DNA of 25,386 nt. Source: Christensenellaceae bacterium. Lineage in GTDB: Bacteria > Bacillota > Clostridia > Christensenellales > Christensenellaceae. The stretch lies in contig JAZRGP010000465.1 in assembly GCA_045644225.1 (NCBI GenBank), positions 1-25,386 of the forward strand, read 5' to 3'. The first letter of the stretch is position 1, and every line of letters starts with the position of its first letter. This document shows, in pieces, positions 16,449 through 24,745 of this stretch. The notes below the pieces were generated by a model, which saw nothing but the letters and a program-made list of their open reading frames with translations, was not told the DNA's origin and searched no databases. Made by a program: the position numbers and the translations under genes.

Positions 16449-16694
16449 ATGGATGAACGAGATAGGAGCAGCCTAAGAGAAAAACGGGATCAGGCCGAAC
16501 GAAAAATGGAAAGATTGCGCCGCGAGCTTGCAGAAATCACCGCCGTGATAAAAAAAGATCCCAACCGTGAGTTGGGATATGACAAAGAGGCCTGTGATAA
16601 AAATATGGAGTTAAGTGCTGCAATACAAGATTTTCTAATTGCAGAAAGGGAATATAACGGAGATAAGTCTGAATATTATTGCTTGTGGAAATGA
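16449..16694 (+). CDS. Small charged, coiled-coil-like hypothetical protein
   Basis: 81 aa from ATG 16449 (alternative start 16431), GGAG upstream. The 3' end overlaps the agrB stop convergently by 19 bp. Confidence 0.45.
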   Translation: MDERDRSSLREKRDQAERKMERLRRELAEITAVIKKDPNRELGYDKEACDKNMELSAAIQDFLIAEREYNGDKSEYYCLWK

Positions 16695-17236
16695 CCAATC
16701 AATGTGGAAATGGTGGAAGACAAAATCCCCAACAGTGCCGCAAATGGCAACGCATTATCCATAAGAAAATGCATAATCAAAACTAAGGCAGTTTCGATCA
16801 GTATGATGATACGAGCTGCTTTTTTTGTTCTCTGGATTTTTTCTTCGGATAACGGATGATTCGAGTGGATTACAGGAGCAAATGCAAATATTATTGCTAT
16901 GCTGAGCACCAAGCCCACATAAATGATCCAATCATAAGAGGACAGCCATGATGCAGCAAACATACATAACGTGCCGATTGATACAGAAAAAATAACACAG
17001 CCAATGTGATTAGATGCATGAAGGCCTCCCGAATGGTGTCTGATTGGCAAGAAGAATATAATCCAAAACAAAGTAATAAGAAAGCGACTAAAAATTGCTC
17101 CCAAGATCAATAGAATACTAAAAATAAAAGTCGTATTTAATAAGCATTCTATTGCGTAGGCGTAAATTTCTACATTTTCAAGGTCCGCACCGTTATTTAC
17201 CAATTTTTCTGCAAGACGATTTGCCAACTTATTCAT
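16676..17236 (-). CDS. agrB: AgrB-family autoinducing-peptide processing membrane peptidase
   Basis: EIYAYAIE, RHHSGGLHASNHIGC (catalytic His and Cys pattern), FAPVIHSNHPL, multiple TM segments. Confidence 0.9.
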   Translation of the reverse strand: MNKLANRLAEKLVNNGADLENVEIYAYAIECLLNTTFIFSILLILGAIFSRFLITLFWIIFFLPIRHHSGGLHASNHIGCVIFSVSIGTLCMFAASWLSSYDWIIYVGLVLSIAIIFAFAPVIHSNHPLSEEKIQRTKKAARIIILIETALVLIMHFLMDNALPFAALLGILSSTISTLIGHFHKQ

Positions 17237-17243
17237 AAAAACC

Positions 17244-17954
17244 TCAACTATATAAATAGATCCACTTGTCTTTTACCTGCTTTGAAAAAGATTCTCCTAT
17301 CGGAATAGATTCTCCATTTATTAGCTGTAAGGAATCCGGTTGAATGGACTGAACCGCATCAATATTAACAATAAAAGATCGATGGCATCTAACAAATTCT
17401 ATTGGTAAAACTTCATCTAAATCCTTAAGTCGTTTCCACTCTTTGTATTTAGCATTTTTCGTATGGATCTCAATATGCTGTGTATAGTTTGTGAAATACA
17501 AAATATCGCGGAACAGAATTTTTGCGCTCTCTTTTTTGCTTTTATAAAAATAGTGAGCTGGTTTTCGATTTTCAATTATGGTATACACTTTATCCAAGTA
17601 TTGTTTAATGCGAGGCGGTCGAAGGGGCTTAAGAAGATATTTCAATGCATGCACATCATATCCTTCACTCATGTATTCGACATTACTGGTTAAGAAAATA
17701 ATAATCACATCATTATCTTTTTTGCGAATTGTTTCAGCCACTTCCATCCCGTTAGGACCGCCGGGAAGCACAATGTCCAAAAATAACAAATCAAAAGAAT
17801 TCTCCTCATCATATTCAAATAAGAAAGTTGAACTCGAATAATACTCCTTAATTTCTACAATACATCCGTTGTCTTTTGACCAAGCCTTTATAATCTTTTT
17901 AAGCTGATCACTCAAAACCTGTTCATCTTCCAGTATTCCGATCTTAATTTTCAT
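17244..17954 (-). CDS. agrA: LytTR-family response regulator (AgrA-like)
   Basis: Receiver domain ILEDE...DLLFLDI and LytTR motif FVRCHRSFIVN. Start placed at ATG 17954 after AGGAG. Confidence 0.88.
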   Translation of the reverse strand: MKIKIGILEDEQVLSDQLKKIIKAWSKDNGCIVEIKEYYSSSTFLFEYDEENSFDLLFLDIVLPGGPNGMEVAETIRKKDNDVIIIFLTSNVEYMSEGYDVHALKYLLKPLRPPRIKQYLDKVYTIIENRKPAHYFYKSKKESAKILFRDILYFTNYTQHIEIHTKNAKYKEWKRLKDLDEVLPIEFVRCHRSFIVNIDAVQSIQPDSLQLINGESIPIGESFSKQVKDKWIYLYS

Positions 17955-17965
17955 AAACACTCTCC

Positions 17966-19267
17966 TTATATGGTGGGAATAAACAATTTAATTTGAAAAT
18001 AATCTTCTCCGGGTTCTATTTGATAAAATGCATTATATTTTTTCAAACAGCGTTCCATACCGGCTAATCCTTTTCCGTGGTTTGGCTCGGTTTTTATGGT
18101 TTTGAGCCGATTTCTGCTGTAAGAATAGGTACCATTACTGCTGTTAAGTATATCAATATGAATCATATTCTTTATCTGTTGTACGGAAATATCTATATAT
18201 CTCGAATTCTCATCAATAATTCCTTGGCAGGCTTCGATTGCATTCGTTAATAGATTCCCCAATACAATGCTGATTTCTGAATCACTGATAACACAATTAC
18301 CGATTCTTGAAATGCTAACTATTGTTTGAATTTTATTAGCACGAGCAATAATAAGTTTGCTTGCAATACAAGCATCTATTGCCGGGTTTCCGGTTGATTG
18401 AACCTCAATGATTTCGTCAATATTGCGATGCATCTCCCCTAACCGCTTATGGAGATTATCCATGTCGTTATTATTGGCATATTGCTGTAAAACTTCGATA
18501 TGATTATTTACATCATGATGCCAAGCAGCAATCAGTTCCTTCGATCTTTTAATACTCTCCTCTTCCATTGCTGCTATCTTTAATTGATTCTCTATTTCAG
18601 CTTTTTCATAACTGGATCGCCCAATCTTTTCAAAAAGAAAAATAATAGCAATCAGCATAGCAAGAATGGCAAAACTGATCGTAATTAAAATGTTCCGGTC
18701 TTGTGAAGATCGTTCAATCCTGATTGCAAAACCGACAATTTGGCCGACAGCAAAAACTCCGACTCCCATAATTATTATCAAAACAAGGTGATACACCATA
18801 GGCGTTTCTATTTTTGTATTCTTTTTAGGAATTCTTGAAAGAAGCCAATGAAGCGAAATTACAATGAGAATATAGAAAACCTGGACACCAAAACGTGCTG
18901 GAGATGGAGATAATGTATCGACAATATCAATGCCGCTAAATAAGGGAAGTAGATTTGAAACAATAAGATTAGTAATCTGGGATACGCCAGGCCCAATGAT
19001 TCCCCAAAATATTTTCAAAGTTGCAGAGCCCTCAAAGCAAACAATTGCATATAAAAGCGACACAAAAAATCCAACCATAATCGCATAGATAAAAGAAAGA
19101 TTTGCAAGGTTTATAGTTGTCATTGTCACAACCATAATAATCAATCCTAAAATCACAGGCTTTCTTTTGTTTGGAGAATATCCTAATTGTTTTCTAAACA
19201 AATAAGATATAAAAAAACACTCCAAAAAATTTACTACTATTTCCCACACACTCCAAAGTATTTGCAT
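17966..19267 (-). CDS. agrC: GHKL sensor histidine kinase (AgrC-like)
   Basis: About 6 N-terminal TM segments, H-box WHHDVNNH, N-box LGNLLTNAIEA, G-box HGKGL. Confidence 0.85.
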   Translation of the reverse strand: MQILWSVWEIVVNFLECFFISYLFRKQLGYSPNKRKPVILGLIIMVVTMTTINLANLSFIYAIMVGFFVSLLYAIVCFEGSATLKIFWGIIGPGVSQITNLIVSNLLPLFSGIDIVDTLSPSPARFGVQVFYILIVISLHWLLSRIPKKNTKIETPMVYHLVLIIIMGVGVFAVGQIVGFAIRIERSSQDRNILITISFAILAMLIAIIFLFEKIGRSSYEKAEIENQLKIAAMEEESIKRSKELIAAWHHDVNNHIEVLQQYANNNDMDNLHKRLGEMHRNIDEIIEVQSTGNPAIDACIASKLIIARANKIQTIVSISRIGNCVISDSEISIVLGNLLTNAIEACQGIIDENSRYIDISVQQIKNMIHIDILNSSNGTYSYSRNRLKTIKTEPNHGKGLAGMERCLKKYNAFYQIEPGEDYFQIKLFIPTI

Positions 19268-19296
19268 ATTATCAATCCTTACATATTTTTTCTATA

Positions 19297-19324
19297 ATTA
19301 TAGTATAAAGGCTATATTTATCAA
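19297..19324 (-). promoter_or_regulatory. Candidate promoter of the agrC-agrA-agrB operon
   Basis: Minus-strand TTGATA (19324-19319), 16-bp spacer, TATAAT (19302-19297). Confidence 0.5.
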
Positions 19325-19331
19325 TGGCAAA

Positions 19332-19401
19332 AACTTTTCGTGTGATTTCGATGCCGTTTTATATAATGTTGCGACACAAGAATTTTTTCTTGTGATATAC
19401 T
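19332..19401 (+). promoter_or_regulatory. Candidate AgrA-activated agrD promoter
   Basis: Extended -10 TGaTATACT (19393-19401) with no good -35. Imperfect 9-mers spaced 21 bp (AACTTTTCG 19332, GCCGTTTTA 19353). 8-bp inverted repeat CACAAGAA/TTCTTGTG (19375-19394). Confidence 0.45.
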
Positions 19402-19441
19402 CCAATCATCCAATTACTACTCTTTATAAAGGAGCAATAAA

Positions 19442-19585
19442 ATGAATAAGGAAAACAAGAATCTCAAAAAATCCATTGTAAAAACAACGGAAAAATCTTT
19501 GATGAGTATTGCGGATCTTTTCGCAACGATGCCTTGCATGGGTCCGTGGTACGAGGTAAAAGTGCCTCAGAAAATTCAGAAGTAA
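19442..19585 (+). CDS. agrD: AgrD cyclic thiolactone autoinducer precursor (47 aa; absent from the ORF track)
   Basis: MNKENKNLKKSIVKTTEKSLMSIADLFATMPCMGPWYEVKVPQKIQK. Has Cys plus 4 residues followed by YEVKVP, RBS AAGGAG, and sits next to agrC/A/B. Confidence 0.88.
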   Translation: MNKENKNLKKSIVKTTEKSLMSIADLFATMPCMGPWYEVKVPQKIQK

Positions 19586-19598
19586 TATGAGGCGAAGC

Positions 19599-19650
19599 GT
19601 ATAAGAGGCTATATATAGCCTCTTATACCCCATAGCTATGGGGTATAAGA
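19599..19650. repeat. Two overlapping perfect 30-bp palindromes
   Basis: GTATAAGAGGCTATATATAGCCTCTTATAC (19599-19628) and TCTTATACCCCATAGCTATGGGGTATAAGA (19621-19650) share TCTTATAC. Confidence 0.9.
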
Positions 19651-19653
19651 AAC

Positions 19654-19743
19654 GGGGGGGATGTTATGATTGAATAAAAAAATCCTTGATAATCAAGAGT
19701 GCGGACTCACATCAGCATAAAACTGATGACGATCATCAAGGAT
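19654..19743 (+). promoter_or_regulatory. Conserved leader copy 1: SD plus M-I-E-stop micro-ORF plus predicted three-stem RNA
   Basis: ATG ATT GAA TAA (19666-19677) after a G-run. Stems ATCCTTGAT/ATCAAGGAT, GAGT/ACTC and CATCAG/CTGATG. 53 of 62 bases are identical to copy 2. Confidence 0.55.
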
Positions 19744-19806
19744 AAAAAAAGTATAACACAAAGAAACAAAAAAATCAAATGAACAAAATATGAAAGGAGA
19801 ATAACA

Positions 19807-20199
19807 ATGAAAAAGGCACTGAAAAGATTGGTCGCATGTGTTGCTGTCGTTGTGATGGTTTTCGCGATGAGCACAACGGTTTTTGCGGCAGGCGAAGAAT
19901 TGATTCACTCTGGAACATCCACATCGGGTTATTATACATCCCAGAGTGTTCCTCAGAAAAATGATACTCAGCTCAAATGCCTGAGTTATGAAACCTCTGG
20001 TAACATCAAAGTCTATGCCGTTTATCACAACGGATCTCAGTATATTGCTCTTTCGGATCACGAAATTTTACACACGAAACCCACATTAATTTTACCCAAA
20101 AGTAGTAGTCTTAGAAATGTTAAACTTCGCGTTTACAACTATGGTAGCTCCTCTGGTGTAAGCACATATTCTAGAGGCCACTGGAGACTTTACGCATAA
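19807..20199 (+). CDS. Secreted protein, paralog 1 (Sec signal peptide)
   Basis: 130 aa, signal MKKALKRLVA...TTVFAA, RBS AAAGGAG. 94 of 130 residues are identical to paralog 2. Confidence 0.85.
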   Translation: MKKALKRLVACVAVVVMVFAMSTTVFAAGEELIHSGTSTSGYYTSQSVPQKNDTQLKCLSYETSGNIKVYAVYHNGSQYIALSDHEILHTKPTLILPKSSSLRNVKLRVYNYGSSSGVSTYSRGHWRLYA

Positions 20200-20216
20200 T
20201 TGCAGATTCGAACCGG

Positions 20217-20243
20217 AAGGCAGGGTAACACCTGCCTTTTCTT
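20217..20243 (+). terminator. Intrinsic terminator after secreted paralog 1
   Basis: AAGGCAGG-GTAACA-CCTGCCTT followed by TTCTT. Confidence 0.65.
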
Positions 20244-20271
20244 AAAAAAGAGTAGAAAGAAGAATGCCGAT

Positions 20272-21654
20272 ATGATAAACAAATATTTTAAAAATGCAAT
20301 AAGTCTCTTCTGGGTTGTAGCTTCACTTATCACCATCACTGCATGCCAACCGACTCCTGAAAAACCAATTATTATAAGTAAAAATGACAACCTTGAAGAA
20401 AAAATACTTTCAGAAGAAATGGAATCCAGTTTCGATAATTTAGACGAAAAATGGTGCTTTGAAAAAGAATATGATGAAGGAAAAAAACTAAGAATTAATG
20501 CCTCTGTTTTTAACAACAATACATCCAATATACCTGTTGTTTCAATTGCAGAGAATCCTTATTCGGGAAATATTGGTTTAATTAAAAAAATTATTGGTTA
20601 TTTCTGCGATGAAAGTTTTGAGTTGCTCGAGGGAGTCAATGAACCAACAAAAGCAGATATCCAAAAAGAAATAATTAGAATGAAACAAGCGTTACAGGAA
20701 GCAAAACAAGAAGGCGATCCTGAAGATGTTATTACCACTTATGAAAATACAGTAAAAGAATTAGAACGTCAATTTAAAGAAGCACCTGCTGCATCAGAGG
20801 CAACAAAAACAGATTATAAACTGAAAGAAGCAGATGATGGTTCTTATCAATTAAACATAGTAGCAACACAAAACGGAGAATCCAAGTATGAAATTGATTT
20901 TGTAGACTGGATTAATACAAAAGGCTCATTGTTACTAATACAAGATAAAAAAACAGATAACTATAGTAGCGAATACACTTTTAAATATGTGCCACAGGAT
21001 TATTTAGAAAGCGATGAGAATTTTCAGAACGGCAAAAAAATTATTGATAGTTATTTGTCCGAGATTGGTTTGGATTATCTTAACCTAAATCTTGTTTCCG
21101 GTAACATTGAAGAAAACACATATGAATATTATTTCACCAGATCTGTAAATGGTTTAAATGAAGGATATGTAAATAGTTATTTCGGATCCATGCAAAGTGA
21201 TGAAGATATTATGATGGATTTGTGGTATGCAGAATCTATGCTGGTGAGAGTTACAGACGGTAAGATTACTTATATTAAATGGGATAACCCTTCTTTGGTA
21301 ACTGGAGTTGATAATGATAATGTGAGAATAATCTCATTTGAAGAAGCAAAAGAAGCATTTTTAAAGCAGATTGGTTATATGCTTGCGCCTAATATTGATG
21401 ATGAGATTGGCAAAGCCAATTATGAATTTTTTAAAGCAAATACAGCTATTAATATTACAAGAATTGAACTATCTTTGACCAAATTACTTATGAAAGACAG
21501 TGATGATTCTTATAAATTGATTCCTACATGGAATTTTTATGGCTATGAGTCCTTGAGCAGTCATAAATTTGATGAAAATCGAGGAGCCGAAATTTGCTAT
21601 GTAGCGGTCAATGCATTGGATGGAAGTATTGTTAACTACACAGCATTAAATTAA
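20272..21654 (+). CDS. Acidic lipoprotein (DUF6034-like)
   Basis: Lipobox ITA-C followed by QPTPEKPIIISK, and C-terminal LIPTWNFYG...INALDGS-type motif (VNALDGS). Start placed at ATG 20272. The family call is from memory only. Confidence 0.65.
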   Translation: MINKYFKNAISLFWVVASLITITACQPTPEKPIIISKNDNLEEKILSEEMESSFDNLDEKWCFEKEYDEGKKLRINASVFNNNTSNIPVVSIAENPYSGNIGLIKKIIGYFCDESFELLEGVNEPTKADIQKEIIRMKQALQEAKQEGDPEDVITTYENTVKELERQFKEAPAASEATKTDYKLKEADDGSYQLNIVATQNGESKYEIDFVDWINTKGSLLLIQDKKTDNYSSEYTFKYVPQDYLESDENFQNGKKIIDSYLSEIGLDYLNLNLVSGNIEENTYEYYFTRSVNGLNEGYVNSYFGSMQSDEDIMMDLWYAESMLVRVTDGKITYIKWDNPSLVTGVDNDNVRIISFEEAKEAFLKQIGYMLAPNIDDEIGKANYEFFKANTAINITRIELSLTKLLMKDSDDSYKLIPTWNFYGYESLSSHKFDENRGAEICYVAVNALDGSIVNYTALN

Positions 21655-21686
21655 TTCTCTTTGAGTAGGTATTATGTTGATAAAAA

Positions 21687-21776
21687 AGGGGTGATGCCAT
21701 GATTGCGTAGAAAATTCCTCGATAGTCATGAGTGGGGACTCACATCAATATATAACTGATGTCGATCATCAAGGAT
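21687..21776 (+). promoter_or_regulatory. Conserved leader copy 2: SD plus M-I-A-stop micro-ORF plus predicted three-stem RNA
   Basis: AGGGGTG then ATG ATT GCG TAG (21699-21710). Stems TCCTCGAT/ATCAAGGA, TGAGT/ACTCA and ACATCA/TGATGT. Confidence 0.55.
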
Positions 21777-21835
21777 AGAAGTATTGCATTTCAAAAAGAA
21801 GAATCAGATGAATTATTCATGAAAGGAGAAAAACA

Positions 21836-22228
21836 ATGAAAAAGACACTGAAAAGAATAATTGCATGTGTGGTAACAATTTTATCAATCTTTACATTTTC
21901 TACCACAGCTTTTGCAGCAGCTGAGGAATTGACACACTCTGGATACTCTACTTCAGGTTATTATACTTCGCAAAGTGTTCCACAAAAAAATGATACCCAG
22001 CTTAAATGCTTAAGTTATGAAACTACAGGAGATATTAAAGTTTTTGCATGTTATCATAACGGTTCCAACTATATTGCACTCTCCGCCTCTAAAGTATTAA
22101 CCGATAAACCCACTTTGGTTTTGTCAACAAGCAGTATCGTTCGACATGTAAAGCTTCGCGTTTATAACTACGGTAACTCCGTAGGAGTTAGAACATATTC
22201 CGCTGGACACTGGAGACTTTACGCGTAA
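21836..22228 (+). CDS. Secreted protein, paralog 2 (Sec signal peptide)
   Basis: 130 aa, colinear with paralog 1, shares the C-terminus GHWRLYA, RBS AAAGGAG. Confidence 0.85.
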   Translation: MKKTLKRIIACVVTILSIFTFSTTAFAAAEELTHSGYSTSGYYTSQSVPQKNDTQLKCLSYETTGDIKVFACYHNGSNYIALSASKVLTDKPTLVLSTSSIVRHVKLRVYNYGNSVGVRTYSAGHWRLYA

Positions 22229-22237
22229 CTAACATAC

Positions 22238-22281
22238 CTCAATAGTATGAAATGGGTAAATCCCCGTTTCATACTATTGAG
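22238..22281. terminator. Long hairpin after secreted paralog 2 (terminator or mRNA stabiliser)
   Basis: 15-bp perfect stem CTCAATAGTATGAAA/TTTCATACTATTGAG, extended by 4 bp. No clear U-tract. Confidence 0.55.
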
Positions 22282-22418
22282 TCTATCACATTTTACATAT
22301 AACAAATGAGAGATTTTTTCGAACATTTTTTGAAACATAATTGTTGGAAAAATTAAAGCAATAAATAAAAGCTTTTTAATAATAGATATAGACATAAGGT
22401 TATCAAAAGGGCAAAGAC

Positions 22419-23177
22419 ATGATACAAACAATAAAGGCTCATATTAAACAAGCATTAGGCGGTAAAGGCTTTTTGATTGGATCAATAAGCATTGCTATTG
22501 TATTACTATTATCTGTTATTGAACAAATAATTAGCGGTTTCCGCGCAGAAGATCTGCTAGGATATGGATTTCATCATTACATGATCCTCGATGCACTGAC
22601 GTCAGATGCCATGACGCTGGTTTTGCCCATCGCCGCGGCACTGCCCTTTACGGCATCGTTTCTCGATGATTACAAAAGCGGATTCATCAAGGGATACCTC
22701 CCGAGAACGAATATCGCAGGATACCTGGGCGGAAAGATTGCAGGTTGTATTATCTCAGGTGGGTTGGTACTAGCCGCAGGGGTGTTCATGGCGTATATCG
22801 TTGCAGCGTTGATGTTCACGCCCATGGAGGCGGTCGCTCCGCCATTGCAGGAGCCGCTCTTCCTCGAGATCCTCGGGAGATTGGGATTGTTCTTCTGTGC
22901 AGGCGCGTTCTGGGCGCTCATCGGGATGCTCTTCGCGACGCTCACGGGCAGCAGATATATGGCGTATGCTTCGCCTTTCGTGGTGTATTATGTGCTGATC
23001 ATCCTCTATGAGCGGTATTTCGATAAGATGTATGTGCTTTACCCGAAAGAGTGGGTCGCGCCCTCGGCGCAGTGGATCTACGGGAATGCAGGTGTGGTTA
23101 TCTTCCTCGTTGAACTTATTATTCTCGCGGCGATTGGTTGTGGGATCGCGATGCGAAGAAAGATCCGTAACATATAG
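22419..23177 (+). CDS. ABC transporter permease
   Basis: About 6 TM segments, LPFTASFLDDYKSGFIKGYLPR motif, in an operon with an ABC ATPase. Confidence 0.75.
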   Translation: MIQTIKAHIKQALGGKGFLIGSISIAIVLLLSVIEQIISGFRAEDLLGYGFHHYMILDALTSDAMTLVLPIAAALPFTASFLDDYKSGFIKGYLPRTNIAGYLGGKIAGCIISGGLVLAAGVFMAYIVAALMFTPMEAVAPPLQEPLFLEILGRLGLFFCAGAFWALIGMLFATLTGSRYMAYASPFVVYYVLIILYERYFDKMYVLYPKEWVAPSAQWIYGNAGVVIFLVELIILAAIGCGIAMRRKIRNI

Positions 23178-23186
23178 GAGGTTATG

Positions 23187-24080
23187 ATGAAAATAGGACA
23201 AGTGATCGCCGTTGCGAGGAATAACTTCCGCGGATGGCACAGAAATGCGCGAATCATCATAACCTTCTGCCTTGCGTTTATACTGTGCTTCCTGCTTTCG
23301 GATAAGGCAGTGAAGTTCGCCAAGGAATACGAAACGACGATGCAGCTTGTGGAAGCATTCGTCTGGACATTTGGTGATGCGAACTCGATTCTGCTCTCGT
23401 CGCTTCTGCTGCTTTTGCTCTTTGCGGATATGCCCTTTATCTCAGGTGCAACGCCTTTCTACCTCATGCGCATCGACCGCAAAACGTGGATCTCGGGGCA
23501 GGCGCTGTATATTATCGTTGCTACAGGAATCTATCTGCTGTTCATTCTTATCTCCACTGCGGTGGTCTGCATGAGTCAGAGCTTTATCGGGAATATGTGG
23601 AGTGAGACAGCGGCGATTCTCGGATACTCAGGTGCTGGTAAGGCAGTTGCGCTGCCTGCGCTCGTAAAGACGTTGGAAATGTCTACCCCATATCAGTGCA
23701 TGGCGACGATCTTTCTGCTGATGCTGTTGTATGCGCTGTTGATGGCGTTTGTTATGCTGGTCTGCAACCTCTGGAAAGGACAGAGAGCAGGCGTGATCGG
23801 TGCGTTTGCATTCAGCTTGTACGGCTTCCTGCTGAATCCGCAGACGCTGAAGAATATCTTTCAGCTGCCGGATGAGCTGGTATATAAGGCGAATGTTGCA
23901 GTGGGGTGGCTCTCTCCGCTCAATCATGCAACCTATCATATGCACAACTTCGGTTATGACTTATTGCCGAGGCTGTGGCAGACCTATGCAATATTCGGAT
24001 TGCTCATTGCGGTATGCTTTATTTTATCCCTTGTGGCAGTCAGAAAATATAATTTCGCATTTATCGGGACGGAGAAGTAA
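23187..24080 (+). CDS. ABC transporter permease
   Basis: About 6 TM segments, LLLFADMPFI...YLMRIDRKTW. The second ATG fits RBS AGGAGG (alternative start 23184). Confidence 0.75.
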   Translation: MKIGQVIAVARNNFRGWHRNARIIITFCLAFILCFLLSDKAVKFAKEYETTMQLVEAFVWTFGDANSILLSSLLLLLLFADMPFISGATPFYLMRIDRKTWISGQALYIIVATGIYLLFILISTAVVCMSQSFIGNMWSETAAILGYSGAGKAVALPALVKTLEMSTPYQCMATIFLLMLLYALLMAFVMLVCNLWKGQRAGVIGAFAFSLYGFLLNPQTLKNIFQLPDELVYKANVAVGWLSPLNHATYHMHNFGYDLLPRLWQTYAIFGLLIAVCFILSLVAVRKYNFAFIGTEK

Positions 24081-24091
24081 GGAGAATACCT

Positions 24092-24736
24092 ATGGATATA
24101 TCGATCAGCGTACAGAATGTGTGCAAGGACTTCGGGCAGGAGCGTGTGCTCAAGAGTGTTTCGAGGGACTTTGAAAGAGGGAAAATACACGGCATCGTTG
24201 GCAACAACGGCTCGGGTAAGACCGTGCTGATGAAGTGTATTTGTGGATTTCTCATCCCTACGGAGGGCAAGATTTTCGTGAATGGCAAGCAGGTGGGAAA
24301 GGATATGGATTTTCCGCCCGACCTCGGGATCATCATCGAGACTCCTGGTTTCCTGCCGAACCTCTCGGGTATCAAGAATCTTGAAACATTGGCAGCACTC
24401 AATAAAAAGATCGGCTTAAAAGAAATTGCCGACAGCATCCGCAGAGTTGGTCTCGATCCTATGATGAAAAAGCCCGTGGGGAAATACTCTCTCGGTATGC
24501 GTCAGAGATTGGGTATCGCGCAGGCGATCATGGAAGATCCGTCATTACTGATCCTCGATGAACCTTTGAATGGCCTTGATAAGCACGGCGTAAAAGAAAT
24601 GCGCGAGCTCATAAAGGCACTGAAAGCGAGCGGCAAAACCATCCTTCTCGCAAGCCATAATCAGGGCGATATCGATGAACTGTGCGATACGGTATGTGAA
24701 ATGGATGCGGGTGTTATGACGATGATAAGGGAATGA
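24092..24736 (+). CDS. ABC transporter ATP-binding protein
   Basis: Walker A GNNGSGKT, signature YSLGMRQR, Walker B LILDEP, H-loop SH. Confidence 0.93.
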   Translation: MDISISVQNVCKDFGQERVLKSVSRDFERGKIHGIVGNNGSGKTVLMKCICGFLIPTEGKIFVNGKQVGKDMDFPPDLGIIIETPGFLPNLSGIKNLETLAALNKKIGLKEIADSIRRVGLDPMMKKPVGKYSLGMRQRLGIAQAIMEDPSLLILDEPLNGLDKHGVKEMRELIKALKASGKTILLASHNQGDIDELCDTVCEMDAGVMTMIRE

Positions 24737-24745
24737 GGTGACGAT

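Noticed and set aside
19424-19633. 69-aa minus-strand ORF from the track
   Set aside because: It is antisense to the real agrD, which has an RBS and the AgrD motif.
19723-19729. CUGAUGA hammerhead core in leader copy 1
   Set aside because: No matching stem II or GAAA, and copy 2 reads CUGAUGU.
22311-22345. TTTTTTCGAACATTTTTTGAAACAT upstream of the ABC operon as a third AgrA box
   Set aside because: The 11-bp repeat period and weak similarity do not fit the 21-bp motif shared by the other two promoters, and it may reflect AT-richness only.
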